A stretch of 57,172 nucleotides of DNA, filler included, from Diploschistes diacapsis (lineage: Eukaryota): NCBI GenBank assembly GCA_023645945.1. It is 6 parts of 6 records of this genome, joined end to end, with 100 filler letters (N's around TTAATTAATTAA, not from the genome) between each part and the next. Parts side by side here need not be neighbours in the genome. Positions count along the whole stretch, not along the records: positions 28,683 to 38,122 come from JALAIB010001039.1; positions 38,223 to 47,658 come from JALAIB010001040.1; 4 more parts are not named here. One strand, given 5' to 3'. The notes beneath the pieces were generated by a model, which saw only the letters and a list, made by a program, of their open reading frames with translations, made no database searches and was not told where the DNA came from. Numbering within the stretch: the first letter of the stretch is position 1; each line of letters starts with the position of its first letter. A program made the translations under genes and the position numbers. Positions 34,419 through 46,310 of this stretch are shown in pieces.

Positions 34419-37018
34419 CTAGATTAGATCAACACCGGTGTTCTCACCAGCGGCTGAGAATCTGTCATGGTCGCTGTTCTGTCCTTCTTCGGCAACTCCT
34501 TCATGTGTATCGTTCCTAGACTTGCATCCCTCGTCACCAACTTCTGTGGCTTTGGGCCCCAGTTTCTTACCGTCTGTAGCGTGTCTCGCGCTAGCGTATC
34601 CGTCTTTTGCAGGTCTCTCCATTTCACGTATCGTCTCTTCCAGAAATTCAAACTGTTGCAGCATATCCGGAATGGCATGATATCTGAAGGCTGCTGAAGA
34701 TTCACGATCGCCCTCTCGCTCACATGCTACCTGCTCCTTTTTCAGTAACTCTAGATCCTTGCGGGCCTCCCAAAGTTCTTTTGGTTTGGCTTCAAGTTCT
34801 TGCGAATACTCTGCTGCCTTTTCCACCCGAACAGCTTCTCTTTGTTGAAGATTTGAAGATCTAACCCGCTCCCAGGATGGCACTCAGCGAATTGGATGCC
34901 TGGAACGGGTTTCTTGCGTACCGCTGGGCTTTTGAGTGTCGTCTCTTATCTCGTTAAGATCCGGATTTGATACTGCATTGTGCAAAGGGTCTCGTCGCGC
35001 TCGTGGGAACGCTCTGGCTGATTGCGTATTTGCATTGATGCCCATGTGATACGCTTCAAGCAGTTCATCTGGGCCAGACAAAACTGTTGAGTAACCATTC
35101 TGTAAAGAATCACGGCGCCCAGATGCAGCCAGTCCTTGCTTTCGCTCCATATGGTTTATTATCTCCTGCCAGCCACCCTCTTGTATGAGCTTCTCTGATT
35201 GCTTCTTAAGTTCCCGAGCAGTGGCCTGTATGAGAGCTTCACTAGCTCTTCGATATTGTTCTTGCCTTAAATTAGTATTGTGGTGACACGGACAAGATGG
35301 TTACGTGAATAAGACCTACAAAGCTTAGGACGCCGTTAATCGAATACCGACCTGATTTAGTCTCCTTGTAGCTATAATTGAGAAGATCAAGAGCCTCTCG
35401 CCTCACCCATCCCATCCCAATCTCAGTATAATGTCCCCTACGTGCATGGATTGGTATTAAGGAATGAGGGAGTAGACAAAATATATAGCATTCGCGGCCA
35501 TCAACATAGTTTGTGACAACGTAATCACTTCTTGTTATCCACATGATGCCGCCATAGGTGTGGCGAAGGCTTTGCAGAATCTTGTCTCCTGTGTATCTTG
35601 TCGGTGTTAAACAGTAAACGTCGGGGTTACGCCACAGTTCATTCACGAAGCGCGACTTCACTGGCATTGGCTCTGGCTCTGGAGTAAAGTCTGAGGTTCG
35701 GGAGCTCTCAAGGGACGGCGGCTCTGGAACAAATGTTGGATTACGGTATGGAGTTTCACCTAGATCGTCATCTGATAAGCCACTCCTGAAGCGAAACCTT
35801 CTTCGCGGAGATCGTTCTCTTGTCGGCTTGTCATCGAGTGCGACAACGATGCTAAAGAATTTGAACTTGAAGATTGAAGTATGTGATCAGACGTTTCCTA
35901 CCCTTTTCGGTCGTCCTTATCCATGCTATTTCCTAAGACGTCGCATAATGGCGCGGAGCCTGCCGTGGTCCACTTATTTAGCAAGAGCTGAACAATCCTC
36001 GTTGCCTCATCCATTACAATCCTCTTATCCTTAAATGTGCTCGGATCCACAGTAACCAAGCGGTTTGCCATTCCAGGTGGCATCATATCTTTTGGCGGCC
36101 TATAGGGAATCATTTGGAGGAGGAGACTGGAAGCTCGTGTGGTCTGACTATGGTGTACCATGCCAGCACGTCCCAGCTTGTATCCGTAAGTGCCCCTCCT
36201 TGCTAGAGCAAGTTCGCCACCAGTAGTCCCAGGACCCTTTTGACCAGGCTGTCTCTCGGGGCCTTGACTGAATTCGTCGGATTCTGATTCCTCAAAGACT
36301 GGAGAAGCGGATCTCTTCACAGGTCTGGGCGGTGGATTTCTTTCATACGGATAATCTCCGGCTGCAGCGTATTGGCAGCTAAAGGTCCTGAGAAAGGAGG
36401 TGGGTGAGGGCCCCTTGATTCGGTTTCCCTAACGTGCTCCACGCGTTGTAACTTTGTTACGTCTTCATGATATTCAATGATAATATTCTTCAACTGATCG
36501 ACTTCTTCCACAAGGGTTTTGATACTCTTCGCGTCTTTCTTCGACCTAGGTTTATATTAGGGACGACCATTCTCAAGGGAAAAACCTACATACTTTGACT
36601 GCACCTCCCCCAATTTAGACAGAGTGACAATTTGTATCATTGATTGCAGCGTAGACTTGTGTGCGCTAAGCCTTACTTCGATTTCCATAGCTTGTGATTT
36701 CGTGAATAACCATTTCAATGCAACGAAGGTCGATGACTTCTTAGACTGGATCGTATTCAGAATCTCTTTGAAAGTGGACTCGCAGGATTGGTTGATATCA
36801 CGGATATCCTTTAGCATATCCTCACTGCAAATGCTCTTGTCTGCCTCAAGTACCCTTCCGAGGTGGCGCATTACTCCCGTGAACTGCGATACATGCTTCG
36901 CCATTTTTGCTATCTGCTTTCGGGCATTGATCATGTCGTTGGCGGCATCGTGAAGAGTTTTGGCAACGCTAATGTCAAAGGAGGCGATGGCGAACACCGT
37001 GGCTGCGGCTTCTGCCAT
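34419..37018 (-). pseudogene. Disrupted multi-exon gene: fungal STAND-type N-terminal (Helo-like) domain, a DUF8035-like segment and a ClpB/Hsp104 M-domain-like coiled coil
   Basis: Collinear minus-strand ORFs linked by plausible introns (36593-36546, 35901-35852, 35319-35261). Apparent frameshifts near 36320-36430 and ~35230; in-frame TGA at 34884-34886. Confidence 0.6.
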
Positions 37019-37341
37019 TCTGACAGTGATACAGGAACGAACGGACAGTGAACTTTTCTATTACTGAACGAGGCTGAAGAGCAAATGAAGGGAAAAAGAA
37101 AAGTTGGAAACATTGAAGAATACATTATGTAGCCGATAGCCTTCCTGACTTACCTATTCCAACGCACATGTGATCAGCCTCATAGAAAGACTTGTTCCTG
37201 CTAGTACTAATAGTTCGAAAGCACTTGTGGATGCTTTTCAGTATGCAGTCAAGCATGGAATTCATTATTAACACATCTTAGGTAGCGCTGTTTCGGATTG
37301 TCAATTCTTTGAGATAGTAGACTTGCAGTAAAGTTGATATA

Positions 37342-38122
37342 CAGTACTAGGCCAAAAGTAGTTAGGTCCACCATAAGCGGTAGTAAATAAACATTCAACT
37401 CTTGCTATTATTCTTCTAATTATGCCACCACAACGCCGTTTGAAGTCTTTCGAGCGTTCGGAGCTCCTCGGCGCCCTCTATAACAGTAATACTCTCAAAA
37501 ATGCTGCCTAAAAGCTTAATATTCCCTATTCTATAACTTAATATACCAAAAAGAAAGCTTTAGAACGCGATGATGAGTAGCATAATCTCGATCGTTCAAA
37601 ACGACCCCGAATTATTACCGAAAATTAAGAAAATAGGCTCTATCGACGCGCCAAGAGACAGCCAGACATACAATGGCACGAATTATTCGAAATAACGCCT
37701 ACTAATAGAAATATTAACCGCCGAAGATTCGCCGCCATCGACCTATTTTTTAAAAAATATCGAAAACGTTAGCGCCCTTATTTGAACCCTAAAGATGCTA
37801 TAAAACGCCTAAGGTATTTTAGGACATATAAGAGCTAACGTGCCGAGAATTAAGCCAATATTTAATAAATAAATGAATACTTAATATAAATTAACAGCGA
37901 TAAGATACGGTAATAAATTTAAAAATATTCCGAAGAATAATAATTACACGAACATATCGCTACTAAATTTAAGAATAAGAAAAATATCATAATAATCGCT
38001 TTTATAAAGACAGACGGGCGCGTTATATAATATTTCTTCGACGAATACTACATAAACAAACGAATAACCACCGCCGAAGTATATTATCGACTTTTACGCG
38101 ATATTATATCCTAAATTTACGA
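37342..38122 (+). mobile_element. RIP-degenerated Tc1/mariner transposon, left end and transposase 5' part
   Basis: TA|CAGTACTAGGCCAAAAGT TIR; ATG 37422 leading to an HTH region and RSKRP (GRP-like) motif; RPYLNPKDAIKRLRY...EN*ANI**INEY restores to W-A-x-I-x-W-x-D-E when transitions are reversed. Confidence 0.88.
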
Positions 38123-38222
38123 NNNNNNNNNNNNNNNNNNNNNNNNNNNNNNNNNNNNNNNNNNNNTTAATTAATTAANNNNNNNNNNNNNNNNNNNNNN
38201 NNNNNNNNNNNNNNNNNNNNNN
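38123..38222. other. Artificial contig spacer
   Basis: 44N-TTAATTAATTAA-44N. Confidence 0.98.
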
Positions 38223-38310
38223 GTATTACGTATGGTTATGCGAGAATGCGGGATGCGGGATACGGGATGCAGGAGGGTGGGGAGTGGTTTTTACGGATAT
38301 GGATAGTTGT

Positions 38311-38332
38311 TGTATGTGTGTGTGTGTGTGTG

Positions 38333-38366
<34 letters not shown>

Positions 38367-38408
38367 GTGTGTATGTGTATGTGTATGTGTGTGTGTATGT
38401 GTGTATGC
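38311..38408. repeat. Compound (GT)n/(GTATGT)n microsatellite
   Basis: Direct reading. Confidence 0.9.
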
Positions 38409-39467
38409 ATCATTTCCCACTGCATATAAGATAAAGCTCTAATGATTCTAGTCATGGGGGATGGTTTGTCGATGTGGATGGGGCTGGGGTTCCTGTGGAA
38501 AGGCCGGGGTGGTAATAGTTTCGAAACGCAAGACTCGAACGACCTACCTACGGGGGTATCTACGTACCGCCACCTCCATAGTATTTATTTCACGGGGCTG
38601 GAGCCCACGGTGCGTTTGAGCTCTGTCGCGTCAAGGTTTCGCATTGATCCGGGCTGGAGATAGACAAGTCCAGATAGAGAGGGATCATGGGAGCATGCAG
38701 GGAGGATCTACGGTGCAGAAGCAGAAGCAGAAGCTGTGCTTAAGCTTTCGGTAGGCTATTCGTAGGTTTGGGGAGGGATCCCGTATCTGGCATGAGTTTT
38801 CCCTGTAGCTGATCATGATGAGGGTTATTGTTTTGTTTCTTTCGATTAGGTTTTTTCTCGTGCAGGCTGGACTTTTGCAGCGTGTCTCCAAGGATGGACG
38901 GAGGGGCCGAACTGGTGGGGTGCGCATTCGTTGTCCAATACACCGTACTGCACGCAAGGGGGCACCATCTCTGTTTGCTTTTTCTATTTCCGTCTCTGTT
39001 TCTGTTGCTGTTCCCGTTCCCGTTCCCGTTGCCGTTGCCGTTGGGCAACTTGGGGCGAAGAAAAAGGCGTGAGTTGTGAGTTGTGTGCTGTACTGCCCAC
39101 TTGTAATAGCCGCAGCTACTACGTACGGGGACGAGTTATGAGACGAGACGTACGGAAATGGCACGAGAAATGGGAGTTGAGGGGCGCATAATCTCCGCAC
39201 ATGGCTAGCTGAGGGTGTCTTGTCTTGTGCGAACTATAACCAGTTACCTCCTGACTGTTGAGTTTCCTCGAGTGTTTCAAGCTCTGACAGATTGTTCTTT
39301 GTAGTATCAGGCTTGTTAAAGAAAGCCGCATCGCATCGCACTGCGTCTCCCTCCCTCGACTACCAGGCGCAGGTACCGTGCACAGTCACCGTGATTCCGC
39401 TCTTCTGCGTACAGTAGCCGGGCTGCGAAGTTGGCGGATAGATGGGCAAGGCTTTCGGAAGTTGCCT

Positions 39468-39570
39468 AGTGGCTTAGTGGCTTAGTAGTTTAGTGGCTTA
39501 GTGGCTCAGTGGCTAAGTGGCTCAGTGGCTAAGTAGCTCAGTGGCTTAGTGGCTCAGTGGCTTAGTGGCT
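39468..39570. repeat. 8-bp tandem repeat AGTGGCT(T/C/A), about 13 copies
   Basis: Direct reading; followed by (GAT)n at about 39586-39618. Confidence 0.9.
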
Positions 39571-39585
39571 GGTGTCGGAGAAGTA

Positions 39586-39619
<34 letters not shown>

Positions 39620-41044
39620 GAGGCACACGCACACACGTACTCACTTCCCCGAGTCACCGAGTCAGAGGCTTGCTCCTCTTCGCGCCGTGTGCAACCGGTC
39701 AAAAAAGCAACTTGAAGCCAATGAAGCCAATGAAGCCAGTTGCCCCCCCCTCTCCCTTACTTGCCTCGATTGTTGTATTGCCCCTTGCCTTGTTTTGCGT
39801 GCCTCTCGCCAGCCTCCACGTCTGTCTGTCTCTCTCACGGAAAACGTTTGGATGCTAGTAGTACCCCACACATCCACACCATTTTTGGCTGCGAGAACAC
39901 AGAAAACAAGAGAGAGTGTGTGTGGGGCCTTCAGGGGACGGGTCCCCGTTCGTGCTACATCGCTACTTGTAGCTACTTACAGGGGGTCTTTGACACCAGG
40001 GACCGCCCCGGATTGGGTCGCATGGAGAACAACGAACAAGCTTGGCGGCGCGCGGGTCGAGAACAACAGATAGAAACTACAGAGTGCACCAAATCCCCAC
40101 AACGCTTGTAGCTTGTAGCTCGGTGTTTGAGTCCCCTGTCAGGCTTCTCAGTTCTCACCTCACCTCAAGCCGGGGGGGAACGACGATCGGGCTCTGCCTC
40201 GACGATCTTGACCCAGTTCTGCACGGAGCGCAGCGAGTGGGGGCTGCAGCCTGTAGCCTGTAGCCTGTAGTTCGTGACTGAGGTAGTGGACAAAAACTAC
40301 TAGCTCCGAGAGGATGCAGCAGCAGCAGCGTCGATCGTCGGCTTGGATTGACGGAAAGCACCACCTTAGTACCCTAACTACTTTTCTGTCCAAGTGGGGT
40401 AGAAGAGGCCCGGGCGTTATACTGATAGTGCTTTGGATTCTTGTTTCCTTCTCTCGTGCTATGAACAGGTAGCTGTGGTCAAGGGTGTCACGTCCATGTT
40501 GTTATTTTCCACTCGCTCACTCACTCACTCACTCACTCACCCAATCACTCACCCAATCACTCACCCAATCAATTCTTTGCACAAATTAGGAGTCTTGGCA
40601 CAGACAGCCCTACCAGATAGTACTTGTTGATGTAATACTAATCAAATCCTACCACCTTCCAAGTCGTTGCGAAGGCATCAACTTTCCCCCTTGACTTCTT
40701 ACGTATACCTAGTTTGTGCTATCCGATAGTGCTCGGCAGTGGGATGGATATGGATGGATACAGGCCGTCAACAAGCTCATACATATACATATAAATCTCC
40801 AGGCTCGTTTACGCCGCGCCTCCCCCTCGACTCCCAACCAGGTCACTTGGTTGATCAGTTGCGTTACCATTCATTATTTAGCGAATCAATGCTCTGAGCA
40901 GCACCCGGCCTGCCGCCCTCCACTTCATTCCCAATTGGATCGGGACTCGGCAAAACAGGAGCATCGTATTGAAGGAAGAAGCTACGGGCTCGGCTTGGCT
41001 ACCAGTAGCAGCTGAGTCATATAGTAATCGATTCCTCAACAACC

Positions 41045-42641
41045 TTATGTTCCGTTACCGTCATCGTTGATGAAATCCATCCATGACTCTCTCGGTTTGT
41101 TCGGTGAGGGAGGGCTTTTTGATCGCCGGCCTTTTGGCGACGAAGGACCTTTCGCTGAGGGATTGCCTTTTGCTGAGTGACTGCCTTTACCCCCACCCAT
41201 TCTTCTTAATTGTTCCTCTGTGAAGTCGTGTTGAGTGAGTTTCGGTAGAGGGAGACCTTGCGTCGGTGGTATGACGGAGCCTTGCTTTGGGTCTATACGA
41301 AAGGGGACTTGATTGGCAGCCTCCGTCTTCTGGTGCTTGCGAGCCATCAACTGTTCCGGACCTTTGGCCCTGCCTTGATCGCTACTGGGACTATTCTCCA
41401 TCCTTCTTCTATCGCGAGCCTTCGTTGCCATTTCGTTTTCGTGTCTGGATATGATCAATATATGAAGCACCTGGGATATGGATGCTTGCCCATCACCTTC
41501 GATATCCCACATAGTCTGCCGCTCTCTTTCTCTCCCGGTATGTTTTGTTGTACCACCTGGACATGATCAGTGAATGGGGCATCTGAGATATGATTGCTAT
41601 CACCGGTTTCTCTCCAAAAGTGTCTGATGGTCGACTCTCCCTTTCGCTCGAGCTCGTCTCACACTTTTACTAGACACGTTCAGAAAATGGACCATCCAAG
41701 AGGTACCTGTTGCTACTTTTCCTCTTTCCGCTGTCCCTTGAAATATGCGCTATTTAGTCAGTAAATGGAGCATCTGGGACAATATGACTGCCGTCCTCAG
41801 TCTTGATTTTTAACGGCACCCGACCTTACCTTTTCTGTTCCTTTCTACCATTGTTTTTAGCGTGCTTCTCTATAGCCCGGCGAATTTGATCCTACCTTTT
41901 TGCCTCTTTTCCAGGATTGGGACTCGCATATTGTTTCTCTCCGGTTGTTCGCCGTGCTAGTGAGTGCGAAGAGTCGAAGGGTAGGTAGTCAACATGCCGC
42001 AGCTGATGGCCATTGACTGGATTCCTTTTGTTGTTGTTTTGTGAGGGATGGCCATTCGGTGAGGAGGGGCCGTGTATTGCGGCCATCTCCCTCAGTTCAT
42101 TTGAAGTAAAGTCATCTAGACCGAGTTTCCGTAACGGTAAGGAGGGGCCTTGCCCGGCAGAACTACTGACATCCTCGTCCATCTTCCTGCGCTGAGCCGC
42201 TTGCCTATCTCGGTCCCAGTTAGGATTTTCTTTTAACTTTCTTTGTCGATAATCTTTGAACGCCTGGCTAGCTGTCCTGGCTTTCCCGGTGCTATTTTCT
42301 CTTCCTTTATCGCTGGACCCCTCTTTGGTTTCCTTTTTTTTCCCCTTCTGTCCAGGATTTCTTTCTTTCAATTTCTGTGCATCTTCGTTCTTTCCCACAG
42401 CGTCCTTTTCGCTCTCCTGTGCTTCTGCTTCAGCACCCGTCTTTGGCCCCTCTTCCTCTCCGTCTGCCCGACGCCCTAGCGAATTCAGTGAGTCGAAGGG
42501 TGGTTGGTCAATATGGCGTAGCTGAGGAGCGTTTAATGAATTCCTTTCGATGATTTCGATATCGCGAGTACAGTGATCGCCCGACCAAGTGTTGACGAGC
42601 ACAGCGAAGACGGAAAAGGAAAAAATGATTGAACACCGCAT
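41045..42641 (-). CDS. Putative secreted two-module K/R-rich repeat protein (effector-like)
   Basis: Signal-peptide-like MRCSIIFSFSVFAVLVNTWS. Exons 42641-41896, 41844-41830, 41749-41717, 41669-41604, 41556-41497, 41444-41045, all joined by phase-2 introns into one open frame. Confidence 0.65.
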
Positions 42642-44009
42642 ATTGAGAACAAATAGGCGCTGCATTATATGAAAGACTTAGCAAGCTCGGAGCTCAGGCT
42701 ATATGTGTAGCAGTAGCAGCCTAGTTACATGACACTCTTTGGAGAAAGCGTTGGAACTATGACCATGAGAGCCCAAATAATAGGGCAAGCCTCCCCATCC
42801 CCGCCCGAGGGCTGTTCTCTTTTATACCTCACGATGCAAAGTCAAGTCGATTTTTGAGGGGGGGGGATGATACATTATGAAACACTCAGAGGCGATCCGG
42901 AAGAAGTTAGCTAGATACGCGGAAGCGCACCGCTCGAGTTGAGTTGTTGGTTGTCCAAGCTGTTGCCACGGAGTACTTGGCTACTGATAGCAAGCTCTAG
43001 CTCGAGTTTTTTTGCCCATTAAGAATTAAGATATGCAGGTAGGCATAAAGCCACTTTTGTCTTTTGTTTGGATTGTGGCTGGTTTCTATTGCTAGTTCTG
43101 ATTGGTTCGGTTAGGCCATCAGATCTTGTAGAGAAGAAGTACGATTAGAGAGTACGGCCACTGTCGGCGCCCAACAGTTAGCTTCTTTCATCCCCTTTTG
43201 GTGGGGATAGAAGCAGAAACCAGGGATATGCATCAGGGAAACTAGGCCGAGCTAAAAGTTGGACACCGTCATACAGATAGCCGCTGTACATTTTACGGGT
43301 AGCCTAGCGGGAGTCACGCAAGAACTGGCGCCAGCAAGATCATACATAGTAACATAGGCAGTGCAAAATGGGATTCGATGAGTGGGCCCAGAGATTTTGC
43401 CAAGTAGTGAAAATCACGCAGTGTGTCTATGCTATGTCTCGCATCAGTAACCGCTGAATCTAGTGGAAATGATATATGTGGTTCGGATCCAACAAATCAT
43501 CTCCTACGCGGCTGATAATGCGTTTTGTGGACCGGTTGTGCAGGCTGGCTGTGTGTGCCCTACATACGGAAACCTTTTCATTGACGTCTACCAAGCAATA
43601 CTGAGAACGCCATGCTGTTTTCCGTCTGATAGGTAATTCGGCCCGCGTTGTGTTACGCGGCTTGGTCTGGATGTGTCTGTCTAGAATGCAACGTCTATTA
43701 CCTACACTTTGTTGTACTGCCCTTGAATCCATGCTTGCACGACTTGAGCTCTCGCTTTGAACCTCCGGACTGGGAGAAGCAGTATCTACATGTCGCTACA
43801 TGTATGAATCTTTGCTAATTCTAGAAGTCGCTCGATCTTTGAAGTTCCGCACACAGCTGCAGCACGATCTGCACCAAGCCGCTTTCTCCCGAACCCTGGT
43901 CTTCCTGCGTCCAAGTCCGGCACGGCAACCCTGTGAGCCATCCCTGCTTATCTCGATCGAACGTGTCGGAGGACCCCATCCCAAAGGTCTGCGAAGGAGA
44001 CTGGCAGAC

Positions 44010-45123
44010 ATGGCTCCTCACCTCCGCAAACACACCGCGGCTTTGCCCAAACATCGATTCTTTGATCCCTGGAACTCGGCGTCGACGGGCCACCAGGACG
44101 CCGATAATCGGCTGTCTCGCAGCACAGCCTGGCGTGAGTCGCGCAGCACCAAGCTGCAGTCACAATTCGCGGCTGGGCTTGCCAGTGGCGGAGGCAAGCG
44201 CCCCTATGACACGGTTGGCGCTGGCGGCCCTGAGTTCGGCCAGGATGGTCGGACAGAAACCGGGTGGGATGATAGCGTCCAGGCTTGGAGAGGGAGACAG
44301 GGAGTCGGCAGGGATCAGGGGAATATAGGGACTTGGGTGGACAGCACTGGGAAAGGAGGTACCGAGAAAGATCCAGAAAAGGAAAGAGCAAAACTTGTAA
44401 AGGGGCCAGAAGAGGTCAAGGGGGGGTATGGCTGCAAGAGGGTGAAGCTGAGTAGCGGAAGACCTGCTTCTGTCCGAAAAACTATCAAGTCGCCGTCGCG
44501 GCCAGCCAACGATATTCCGCCTCCTTCCGCCCAACAGCCCCCACGAACTCCACCTCCAGTCGATTCTGCGCCCGCCTCATCCTCCGGGACTCCGAAGACC
44601 TCGCCGAAGCCGTCAGTGGACAACGATGCTGATGCTCCGAGCAAGGAGCCTCCGCTGCCAGAGCAGCCACCGCAAATATTCGCACAACTATCAATCTATA
44701 TCAATGGCACCACCATGCCTCTTGTATCGGACCATAAGCTGAGACATCTACTTACAACTCACGGCGCTCACATGTCTATAGCACTGGGTCGTCGCACCGT
44801 TACACATGTTATCCTTGGCAAACCCAACGGTGGGGTAGGGAAGGGTGCCGGTGGTGGACTCGCCGGGAGCAAGATCGAGAAGGAGGTGTTGAGAAGAGGA
44901 GGCAGCGGAAACGGGATCAGATACGTGAGTGTGGATTGGTGAGTGTTTCCTCTCCAGTCCTAAAGACCGGGATACCTCCCAAGGCACCGAGCGGGGACCT
45001 AACTTTGGTGATAGGGCTCTTGAGAGTATCGAGGCTGGGAAAAGGCTTTCCGAATCCCGTTTCCCGGGTGTCAATACAGCTCCGGCTGGAGTGAAGAGCG
45101 TGAGAAGCGCGTTCAACAAATGA
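44010..45123 (+). CDS. Fungal BRCT-domain protein (Rev1-like BRCT)
   Basis: FDPWNSASTGHQ...WRESRSTKLQSQF N-terminus; IFAQLSIYING...SDHKLRHLL...VTHVI. Intron 44939-45014 restores VDWALESIEAGKRLSESRF. Confidence 0.85.
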
Positions 45124-46310
45124 ACAGACCCCGATCCTTCCTTAAATCTTGAGGAACGACCGAAGTTCACTCGTTGTCTACCGGATGTCAACAGCCGACC
45201 CTATGCCGTGGACGTTCAGCAAGCATGTCCGCCGATCGGGCTGTTGAGCTCTTACACCATCCACGTGTTGCTATTGCCACAGCTAAACACAAACCTAGAG
45301 CTGAGGTACAGCCGAGACTGCTCCTGCGTGACTTAGTAGGAGCTGCTGTTCGCCAGGCACTGTGGAGGTTGTGCCAAAGTTGTTGAACTATGATCGAGTT
45401 CTCGAGGAGGCTGCTCATTGCATCTGAGTATTGCGAAATCTAAGAATCAAAAGGGGCAACCGAGTCACTATGCAAAACCTCGTGTTTCCAATGGAAGAAT
45501 GGGAGACCTTCGAGCACATCCACAATACATCGAGGGGAATTCATGTGCGGGCCTTCTGTGACTGCGGTCAATTTTTGGATGCACCGTTGCATTGCACTAT
45601 CCGACTACTTTTGTCATCTTGTAGCTCATATGTAGTAATGGAACCCATATAACTCATGACATACGTATAATTCCCGAGAGGAGGCGTCCAGAGACAAATA
45701 TGAGATTCTCAAGTGAGATACAAGATCTTATTAATTGAGTTAACAGCTTCGAGAGTACCAAAGTAACCACTTCTAGATGGCAGATATCATCAGGAGATCA
45801 ATTGATTGTACCTCTGAAAGCTCATGAGTTTGACTCATTCAAACGCCAAGCCCAGGCATGATGATGCCGAGTGCATCCATCGAACAGTTATCCCAACAAG
45901 CACCTAACAAATGATCAGAAAAAACAGCTGTGCGCTTGAGATTAACAGGAACGTTGGCGTTGGGATAGGCGATAGCAAGTGAAATGCATTGAGAGCTACA
46001 ACATGTGGAGTACCCAGAGCTGTAGGTGTCCCCGTTTCATTATGTGGCTTCAGCTGCCCACCCTTTCCTCAATGCACTTTTGACGGCCTTGGAGAGGCGT
46101 CTTTGGGCCGCCAGGGCAATACGACCAGGATAATATTTAAAAAATGAAAGTTGTCAAGGGGAAGCTCGAGAGCCAAAGTCTCCTGACAGCAAAGCTTTCA
46201 TCTTCCTTATGCGAGACGTGAGAACGCCATTTGTAGTTTGAGTTTGGGCCTGCGGACTTTAATGTTCTATTCAAATATGACATGTTTCTTCCTCTAGGAT
46301 TGCCCCTTCC

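Noticed and set aside
39468..39570. Telomeric repeat or CRISPR-like array
   Set aside because: Internal, degenerate 8-mer with no spacers and not TTAGGG; an ordinary tandem repeat.
45460..45760. Possible protein-kinase relic on the minus strand (YVMSYMG, VLEGLPFFHWKHEVLHSD)
   Set aside because: Needs several stops and a frameshift, and no other kinase motifs are visible; too weak without a profile search.
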